Origin: Ginglymostoma cirratum
Lineage: Eukaryota
Assembly: GCA_024137785.1 (NCBI GenBank)
Contig: JAHRHZ010000067.1
Coordinates: forward strand, 6,294,422 to 6,358,421
Reading direction: 5' to 3'
DNA length: 64,000 bases
Made by a program: the position numbers and the translations under genes. Of the stretch, positions 1 through 10,000 are shown piece after piece. A model generated the notes under the pieces. It ran no database searches. It was not told the origin of the DNA and saw nothing but the letters and a program-made list of their open reading frames with translations. Numbering within the stretch: position 1 is the stretch's first letter; the number at the start of each line of letters is the position of its first letter.

Positions 1-1157
1 CAGGGGAAGGGGAACACACTTTCCGTACAAATAACTCATCTGCAGGCGCGAAGCTAGAAAGATACAGGCTGAGGAAAAGAAAAGTTCGTTTTTCTAAAGT
101 GAACAATTTCTTACACAGGATCTTTTGCCTCCAATGAATAAATGATGGGTTAATATGTTTCAGTGGTGTTCTGATAAACATATCTGCTTTGAACCATGCT
201 GTGAAAGCTTTTACATTCCCTAGAGGAGTAAGAGCTGTCAGCATATAACATCTCATTCAAAACAGCCAAACCTCTGACACTGCAGTGCCCCTCAGAATTA
301 GACTGGCTTATATTAGGTGGTAAAAGACTGGATAGGTTAATGATCCTCTGGCTTTTAAGCAACAGTTCTAAATGATTTGCGTGGGTGAGAAGCTGCTTAT
401 TTGAGGATATTGCTCTTTGACGAGCAATGAAATACACCCTCACAGCCCTTTGCTCATTGGGAAAGGGTCAATCCTTTTATTCCTCAGTAAATGCTCTTAC
501 CAGGTAATCACCTGGATTGGACATTTTCCCCCCTTATATCCAGAAGTATTTTGCATACAACTGGACATTTTTAGTCATATTGTCTCATTTGTTTAAAGAT
601 GACTAGGAAATGACTTTGTTTCCACCCCACCCGCCATGTGATTTACATGCAAGAGTCTTTAAAAAGGACAATGCAGACCAGATATGACAGTTGTAGAAAA
701 GCTGAAGGCCCCAGATTAAATTTAATTTAATCATTAGTTAGGATTAAGAATGCCTGCTATCATATGCTGTATGAGACTAACAGCATCTTCTGAATTGATT
801 CCTTTCCCAAAGTTGGAATTGTTTCAATTATGATGGGTTCAAGCTTTTTCCTCCCTCAAGCAATACCAGAGTTTGGTTTAGTAAACAAGGCAGGCTCCTT
901 GAATTATGATTATTGTAATGACTGATCATTAATGCTCACTAATTTATAAAGCTCTGGAATCAAAAACTAAAAGATCTTACCTTGAAGATTAGGAAGGTGG
1001 AGATTTTGCACTAAGACTAGCAGACAATGTTGTCCAGGCCATCTTGACCCCATCAAGAATTTCCAGATGGTTATGTCACTGTCAAGATTCATTAAGTCCC
1101 ACTATAGTGCAGCCCTCTATTGGCAGAAATTAACACCTTTTAAAAAGAGGCTTGACA

Positions 1158-1325
1158 ATAGGGATAACAAGGTTTACAGCTAGATGAATACAGCAGGGAA
1201 GCTGACATTTCATGAAAGGTCTAGGCCCAAAATGTCAGCTTCCCTGCTGCTTGGCCTGCTGTGTTCATCCAGCTCTAAACCTTGTTAGCTCAGATTCTCC
1301 AGTTCCTACTATCAGTAGATAGGGA
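1158..1325. mobile_element. Short palindromic Penelope-derived insert with a decayed hammerhead motif
   Basis: Inverted arms cagcagggaagctgacattt / aaatgtcagcttccctgctg; ataggga duplicated at the flanks. Confidence 0.6.
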
Positions 1326-3184
1326 GCTTGCTGCACAAGTCACGTTGCCCACTGTGACTGCCAAGCAATTTTGCTACCAGCATGCCTGATGGGTACTCAA
1401 GTTTGAGCAAGAAACACCACAAGCAATTTAAACTACAGCATTAGCTAGGATGGTGCAGGGGACATTACCATGTCAGCTCAATCCACAGAATCAAAAAGTA
1501 GCCAAAAAAGTTAGAAGCAAGTTGTTAATACAGGAGTGGCATTTTAACTCCCAAATTGTATGGGGGAGCCACCATGACAGAATTTGGATTTTAACAGTTT
1601 GCATTTAGAACAAACTATGACAAAAATGCTGTGAAGTTGCAAATCATCTGTTCATTTATAGGTATTAGGAATTTTAGGCAGATTCATTGGAATGAAATCA
1701 GTATTTGTGACCAGCCTTATTTCACACCAAGCATAGATGCAATCTTATGGGAAAAGTTCAGTGGCTTCCTATTACCTCTGAATGGGAAGAGGTCACCTTT
1801 CTGCTTCTCATGTCAGGGGAAGCAGCCATTAAAAGCTCACTTTGGGGGAAAGTGTGTAACAGTCAGATCTGGATTTCATGCAATTAGCCAATTTAGTGCT
1901 TAGTGTTGACAAGCTGTTCTAATGGGATGAATAGGAGGAAGAGTTACTTCAAGCCATCTGTACCTCCTACACTAGCTCCTGTGGGGGACATAATTGGAAC
2001 CAGGTAACACCATTAATACCAGGCTTAAATGCCAAGCTAGAGTTTCAACCATTACTTGCACAATGAGTTAGAGACTTCCAAACAGATGTTCCTTAAAAGC
2101 AGTGGGACTACTTCAGAAGTGGTATTTATTGGTTTGATCCAATACTAAAGTAGAAGGCCTTTCAGTATGCCTGGGAAATGCAGCTGTGTCCTTAAGCTAC
2201 AGCCACTGGGAAGTCAGTTTTACCTGCAGTACATTCACTTTAAACAGGCTAGTGCTTAAAGAGTAAGATCACTGCTTAATTGCAAAAACTGGCTTTTTCC
2301 AGAAGTAGGTACCTCTAATTGGTGTTAAGGGATCAAAACATGAGTTCCCTATTTCAAAGGGAAAATTGCTAGCTAGAGGAAGAGATTAGTTTAAAGTTTG
2401 TACATTCATAGGAACAGAAACCAGAGAACTGTCAATTTTTTTTTTATTTGCATAGTTTAACTTCATTCAACAATACATTTATAAACCTCATTTCTACAAT
2501 TAGACTGAGAACAGTTTAAACAAGCAGGGCAGGAACATTGTTAATTACAGAAGTCTAGCATTAAGCCAGAGACTAGAGATTCCTCCAAAGCAAGTCTTTG
2601 GAATGTCAAAGAGGCATTGGTTAACAGTTCTTATTGCCAAGAGACTTGCTTGGTAAGAAGTAAGTTCTTCATACAAAAAGTCATCTAAACCCCATTGTTT
2701 AATTAGATACTGCAGTAGCTCCCACTGAAAAAGTCAATTCAACCAGTCATTGAGAATAAAGGGTTTACAACATTTAAATCTTATACACTTGAATAGTGAA
2801 TTCTGAATATCACAAGCTCAAGACATGGGCATTTGTTTGCAATTCCAACAGAGTACTAGTCCACAGATCAAGGCCAACACTAGTGAAGTTATAGCTGCTG
2901 CGAGGAGAACACCATCAGTTGTTTTTGCTGCAAGAGAGGTTAAGTGCAATGAGATTATGCTCAAAACCAATAGTCAGTTGTCCATGATCCTATGGCACTC
3001 ACCCCAATACTATCCACCTCCATAACAGAAAACATCACACAAGCTTTTACTTCATTGATCCATGCCTCAAACCCCCAGTTTAAGAATTTCTCCAATTCTG
3101 GAGAGTTTAAGACATCCAACATATCACAACAGGAACTGGAGCTCTATGGCCAAGTTTAGAAGCTTGAAACATGGCATTAATTCA

Positions 3185-3442
3185 TGGAAAACTATTCCTT
3201 GGTGTGGAAACAAGCCCTTCAGTCATCTGGACCTCTGACTAGCATCAGACCTATTTTTTAAAAACCCCATCCCTGTAACCTCATTCCTTGATGCACTGGC
3301 CTGCACATCCTGACTAGTGATTTAGCTGGCACATCTTTGGATGTTATGAAAGCCAGATAGGGAGAGTGTACAAAGTTTGTACAGACACCCAAATCTGGGT
3401 TCCTGGTGCTGGGAGGCTGCAGTGCTAACTGCTGAGCCACTG
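3185..3442 (-). mobile_element. Degraded HE1-type V-SINE
   Basis: Minus strand reads gtggctcagcagttagcactgcagcctcc (tRNA-like head) followed by the V-domain. Confidence 0.65.
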
Positions 3443-3724
3443 TAGCTTAAATTAGTGATGCTGTGTGACAAAGATGGCACATTGTGTTATCTTATAGCCC
3501 ACTGCTGATCAATTCTGTCTGAAGTGGAGGCTGTTTACTATGTAAAGTCAGACTGAGCTTCAAACATTATGTGAAGACAGGAGGTCCAAGACAGTTTTGC
3601 TAGTCTGTGGCTAGTGTATAGTTATTCCATTTCCCTGATTTGGAAATCTAGAATGAACCCCTGGAGAGATCACTTGAAGTGAAGAAACCCTAGTCCCAAA
3701 ATGGGAGACTTTTGTCAAAGTGGT

Positions 3725-3730
3725 TTTATT
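3725..3730 (-). terminator. Candidate polyadenylation signal of the ZP gene
   Basis: AATAAA on the minus strand about 215 nt past the stop codon. Confidence 0.5.
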
Positions 3731-3944
3731 TGGCTTGACCCCCAAATCTTCTCTCCCTCAGAGCATGTTATCTCTGCTGTGATCACTTCTGGCAATCTTG
3801 TACAGAGTATTTGTGTATGCAACAAGTAGTGCACCAACTTTAGTAGCCTATGAAGGAAGGACCCTTCAGTTGTTTAACTTGAGACATATCTAAGTAGTTA
3901 AATCTAGTTACTGTGCAGTTGGCACTGCATGGACTTGAAACAGG

Positions 3945-4033
3945 TCATCCACACCAAGAATGAGGCAAGTTCCTGACTGCCTGGAAGTCAGTAAGGACAA
4001 GCATTGCTAGTACAAGAACAGAAAGGGCTTTAG
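3945..4033 (-). CDS. ZP gene probable last exon (short hydrophobic tail)
   Basis: Pyrimidine-rich acceptor, AKALSVLVLAMLVLTDFQAVRNLPHSWCG*; alternative in-frame acceptor at 4060. Confidence 0.6.
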
Positions 4034-7000
4034 CTGTGTACAAGGTGGCAGGAAGTAAGGCTAATAGCAAGCTATTATCCTAAAGCCCAATTGTAGGAGT
4101 GTTGCCACTGGACACAGCAGTTGAACCTTAATCTGCTCTTTCAGAATACTTTAAGCCAGCTAATCAGTTACTTTTGCTTGTGAATTAACATGCAATACAT
4201 TTCATACCATTTGCCTGGGATAGGTCTGCAGTTTTTCCTTCAGCAAGAGCTAAAACTATGGGTCTCTTCAGTGTCACTAATCCATGGTAGGCAGCTTTAT
4301 CATCTGAAGTGTTAAAGTCTGAATGTCTGGCCATTCCTGGGCAGGAGGAAAGAGGAAGTTTGTAAGATGAAGCTAATCGAAATAAAGTTTACATTTTAAA
4401 AATCATTAATGTTTCTTACTTCTGCCAGCACCACAGGTTGTGGCACACTCTTGCATGTCAGGTAGAGGGCACACTGTTACACTACAGTGAAAGTAGACCT
4501 ATTAAAAAAAGAAGAGGTAAGCACCAGAAACCAAGATAATTGAACAAGATGAAAGAAGCACAGACACTAACCTCTCCACTTAGTACTGTTTGAATCTGCT
4601 GGTTCCAGAATGTAAATGTCTTCACTTCAAACCGTTTGTGATGTGTTGGAAATGACAGGTTGGAAGCTGCATCTACTGCATGTAGCTGGGTCAAGTAGTT
4701 GTCCTTGTAATATGGGCACCTACAAAGGAGATGCAAGTGTTTCATTAGAAGGTGAAAGCACAGATTGTATGAAGTAGTATGTTTCTTAGGAGTGAAATGG
4801 AATACAAGTGTGACAAATATTGCATTAGTGGGTAGGATGGGAATTTAGATAATTAGAGTTTCATTTGTAATTCCTTGCACAAATCTGTCTACAAAGATAA
4901 CAAGGTTTAGAGCTGGATGAATACAGCAGGCCAAGCAGCANNNNNNNNNNNNNNNNNNNNNNNNNNNNNNNNNNNNNNNNNNNNNNNNNNNNNNNNNNNN
5001 NNNNNNNNNNNNNNNNNNNNNNNNNNNNNNNNNNNNNNNNNNNNNNNNNNNNNNNNNNNNNNNNNNNNNNNNNNNNNNNNNNNNNNNNNNNNNNNNNNNN
5101 NNNNNNNNNNNNNNNNNNNNNNNNNNNNNNNNNNNNNNNNNNNNNNNNNNNNNNNNNNNNNNNNNNNNNNNNNNNNNNNNNNNNNNNNNNNNNNNNNNNN
5201 NNNNNNNNNNNNNNNNNNNNNNNNNNNNNNNNNNNNNNNNNNNNNNNNNNNNNNNNNNNNNNNNNNNNNNNNNNNNNNNNNNNNNNNNNNNNNNNNNNNN
5301 NNNNNNNNNNNNNNNNNNNNNNNNNNNNNNNNNNNNNNNNTGCTGCTTGGCCTGCTGTATTCATCCAGCTCTAAACCTTGTCTGATTCTCCAGCTCCTAT
5401 CTTTTAGGAAAAACCTTGAAACAAATGCATTTATCATCAAGTCCTTGCTCTGGTTAAGAGCCTAGGTTATCTCAACTGTTGATTTATGTTGCTAGCTTCA
5501 ATAACCCCTTCTGATTGAAAGGGCCACTGGATTTGAGTGCTGGTGGTGATTTAACTGCATCTTTAGACAAAGTGCATTTAAGCTTTTCATTAAAAACAGC
5601 TAAAAATTGTGTTTATGGGTAACTGGAACACTACAGGACAACTTTAAAAACTGCATTTTGGGAATCAAATTAAGCATTAGAGGCCTTCACTGAGTAGTGA
5701 AGTTGACCAAATGAGTGGTCAAAGGTCAAGTACTGAGCATCTAAGCTAATGCTTTTGCATCACGGACAGAAAGTCAAAAGGCTAGCATGAAGCCTGTTGG
5801 CAGGACTTTCCATCTGAGGTTGGACAGTATGCACTTGTCTGCTAGTTCCACAAAAAGCAAATACTTGCCCATGCAGGAGAACGCTCCACCTTGGGGCATG
5901 ATGAGGGTCAAGTGTTTGTGTTGCCCAGCAATCATTCAGCACTAGTTCAATATTGGGATCAGTTCGGTGGAGCAGGCGTACTTCCACATATACTGGCTCC
6001 CTGAGAAATTTCACTAGAGGGTAGTCTTCATCAGCAAACCAAGTACTATAGGACTTTTCTGCAGGAGAAAGTAAATAGTGAGCAACAAATAAAGAACTTG
6101 TGCAGTTCTCTAGATGCAACTAGACTTACCCTTTGCAATCCTCATTTCTATTTGGAGGACACCCTCCCTCAATATGGAAGGCAGGGGTGAAGCAGTATTC
6201 ACTACTAGTGTCAAAGGGATCTCTCTCTTGCCAGAGAAGTGGCATTTCACATGCAACCTAGGAAAACAGTATTAGTGCTTCATATTAAAGTGTCATACAA
6301 GTCATTTAAATACTACAGTTGACCAGAAAGACAACAGTACATGCTATTCACAAGGTGCATACAGGAATCTTTGCTCAAGGACAGCTTTGAGATTAGTTGG
6401 AGTGGAGGAATGATGCTTTAAATGGAGCTGGCTGTTCCCATTTCACTGCCTTCAAGAGATTAATCTTAGAACCAAAAAGGATGTAGCAAAGTACAATATC
6501 TAGAAGGCACTTGAGAATTATGCGCCCATTGAGGACAGGAACTTCATTTTTGGCACCATGCTTAATGTGGGATGTTGAGTGAATTGTAACATGCAGGCAC
6601 TGTTCAGTGCATGGACTAGGAACTTCAGGGTCAGGTTGCTTACAAAAGTCATCAAGATAGTGGCCTAGGTTTGAAGTGATCATGTACATGATTAACAAGA
6701 AAATTTATAGATAGGGATAAACTGAAGTTGGCAAGAGAATCAGCCATGTTGTGTGAAGTATTTAAAACCCTGAAGTTAAAGAGAAAGCTGTGTTTTGATT
6801 CAGTAAAATGTTGCTGCTACAAAAATGTTTAGAGCTCACTTGAAAGTACTCTCCCTGGTTATAGAGCCACGAGGTCCACTTTGCATTTTCCTTTTGGAAA
6901 CTATATCTACACTGTAAGTGATGTTTAGTCCATCACCCTATGGAGAGAAAAAGTACATGAGGATATGATCAGTGGTTCCCCTAGTTATTCTCTCTCGGGG

Positions 7001-10000
7001 GCGCCCACCCAAGAAAAAGAAACTTACTATTTGTGTAGTCCCACACGAATCAAGAGGAAACCTGAAGAGGATGAACTCAGTTGTCCTGGTTATAGGGAGA
7101 CACTGAGGACTTGTCTTATTCAGCAAAGAGACAGAATCAAGGTCGAGTGCTGGCACAGTAGCAGCCCTAGGTACCACAATGGTAAATAGCCCATTGTGGG
7201 AACAGTCAATATAAGCTGGGCAGAAAGATATTGTAGTTAGTAAACACCACCAGTTAAGTGCTGCACAAATAGGTTTACTATTGCATTCATCTGAAATTAA
7301 ATTCTCACTATAATCCAAGTCTAGAACTGGCATTTAAATCAAGCTTCTTTCTGTAGAGATCAGCCTTCACTAAGGAAAGTGAGTCTGGTCAGCTTTAAAT
7401 TGGAATTGTAAGAACTAATGCCCACATTAGGGGCATTTAAACAGTCCTTGGATAAGGATGATGGGATAGTGTAGGGGATGGGCTTAGATTAGTTCACAGG
7501 GCAGCATAACATTGAGGGCTGAAGGGCCTGTTCTGTGCTGTATTGTTCTATGTTCTAATAGAATAACTATGGTGTTTGTACATGAGGCTAGAACAATTCT
7601 TGATTAAAAGATTTGATTACAATCTTGCCAGTTAGAACAAAAACCAACCAGTTTTTCCATAAAAGCATGGAATTTGCTTGATGGGATCATAACAGCAGCC
7701 TTTGGCATTGCATTCTTCAAGTGTGACATTTCCACAGTTCACACGGTCCTTGGCATCAACATCACAAATGTGGGTTTTGTCTGCAACAGGGACAAGTTTA
7801 GTGAACCACAAGCAGTTAAAAACCAAACTAGATGCCTAGGGTTGTGTTCTGGTCTTACTTCAGATATCCTGGTCTAGAAGGCCCATTGGGGAGTGATAGC
7901 AAGTAATTAAAAAGCTTTGTTACTAGTTAACTTGATCTGGAATTACTTCCACCTGTTCAGAAGTTGAACACCTCCAGGTTAGGTGATATTTGAACCAGGA
8001 TCTTCTGGTTTGCAAGTGCTACCAGACTCCACAGTTCATGCAAAAACCTGATTAGTAGTTAGCATGTTATGCTAAACATTACATAATCCATGTCCAAAAA
8101 TTAGACAACTCATGAGTAAACTAGAGAGAAGCCAACTTAAGTTGCACTTCTAGAAGAAGTTATCAAACTAGGCTCATTGACTGCTGGGCACAGGAATGGT
8201 GAACATCAGGTAATTCAAGTGCCTGCCTATCTGATTCAGGCTGGGTCACTAGACACCTAAATTCTGTCTTTAAAGTCTCATGGGTGATGCCATCATTTTA
8301 CTGAAGTTTTGGGATTTTATCTAGGGTAGCAAGTTAATGCTGGCTTAATTTGCATATCATACCTCCATCTGGTTTCAGGTCCATGCTGATTGAGGTAGCT
8401 GTGGAACCAGCTGTTGTCTGTCCCACAAGTGGGATTGTGGCAGTAGCACTCACTGGCTCCTTGGTCAATGGGGTGGCATCCACTGGCTCCTTTGTTACTA
8501 GAACAGTTGCAGTGGTATTCACTGGCTCCTTGGTGGAAAGNNNNNNNNNNGTGGTCACTGCAGTGGTCTTCACTGGCTCCTTGGTTACTAGGGCAGTTGC
8601 ATTCACTGGGGCAGTCACTGCAGTGGTCTTCACTGGCTCCTTGGTGGAAAGAGTCACTGTGGTGGTATTCACTGGCTCCTTGGTCAGTGGGGTGGTCACT
8701 GCTGTGGCGTCCACTGGCTCCTTGGTGGAAAGAGTCACTGTGGTGGTATTCACTGGCTCCTTGGTCAGTGGGGTGGTCACTGCTGTGGCATCCACTGGCT
8801 CCTTGGTGGAAAGAGTCACTGTGGTAGCAGCCACTGGCTCCTTGGTCAGTAGGGTGGCATCTACTGGCTCCTTGGTGGAAAGAGTCACTGTGGTAGCAGC
8901 CACTGGCTCCTTGGTCAGTAGGGTGGCATCCACTGGCTCCTTGGTGGAAAGGGTCATTGCAGTTGTATTCACTGGCTCCTTGGTTATTAGGGTGACAGTC
9001 ACTGGCTCCTTGGTGGTCAGAAGGGTTCCTTTTGTGGGTCCCACTGTTGGGGAAAGTTATAACAGTTAGGATAAAACCAGACTGTCTTTGTAGAGGGGAT
9101 TATGTAGTTATGAACATTTGGCATGTGGGGTTACTATTGAGTAGTCAGAAATTCTGGTTCCACAGGAAAGTTTCTCCTTGTAGGGCCAAGATCAGATATG
9201 CAGCTACTGTAGAAAAGAATGGGGGAGGAGGGAGCTTGTTATTCTGATATAGCCAATTCAGTCACTGACCATTTATAGTGGTCAAAAGGCCAGATATGCA
9301 GGTGTTTATAGCTCTATCCAAACCTTATGGTAGATACAGTACTGCAGGCCTTAAAGACAGCCTGCGAGTACAGCTTTGTTAAATTCAACTTGAGGCCAAT
9401 TGAGAATAGTACAGCAGTAGGACCCAAAGTTTGAATGCTTTTTGGAGGACAGCAAAAGCTACCATTTTAACAAGCAGACTAAAGGCTACCATGTTCAGGA
9501 GATTGAATTGAGAACTAGAGACATTTACATCAGAAAGAGTCTGGAGCTGGCTTTAACCCTTGCTCTAGATATAGAGAAATATTTAAGTTAGTCTACATTA
9601 GCAGTGGTAAAGTGGTCACTGACTTGAGACAGCTAATGTTTTAAAGAGGTTAATAGAATTAAGAACCAAGACTATAACCCTTTCAGATCCTACCAGGGAA
9701 TCACTTGATCGATCATTGTGCTCTTGGAGAGCACAGGCAAGGCCAGATGAAGCAACGAGTGTAAAGTCAACTAGGCACAATACACAACTGATCCAGGACA
9801 ATGGACAAGAGCAAGTGTTTCAAAGCAACAGAATCTGACTTCTACACAGGGCAATGGACCATTAGCTTCTTGTACAGGAAGAAGTTAGTTTTGTGGTCAA
9901 AGCCTTTGGGCAAACCTACCGGTCACAGAAGCCAGTGATGGCAGGGTACAGCTTAATGGAATGCGTTCTATGACCATAATCCTCCTGGATGCATCAATTC

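Noticed and set aside
4861-5465. Three 167-182 aa ORFs
   Set aside because: Artefacts of translating through the 400-N gap
8449-9015. Regularly spaced cactggctccttggt repeats with variable spacers, superficially CRISPR-like
   Set aside because: Spacers are related to each other and multiples of 3; this is a coding repeat in a eukaryotic exon with no cas genes
8350-9069. Long plus-strand ORFs antisense to ZP exon 4 (Val/Thr-rich and Trp-rich)
   Set aside because: Shadow frames of a low-complexity coding tandem repeat; splice sites and gene context support the minus frame
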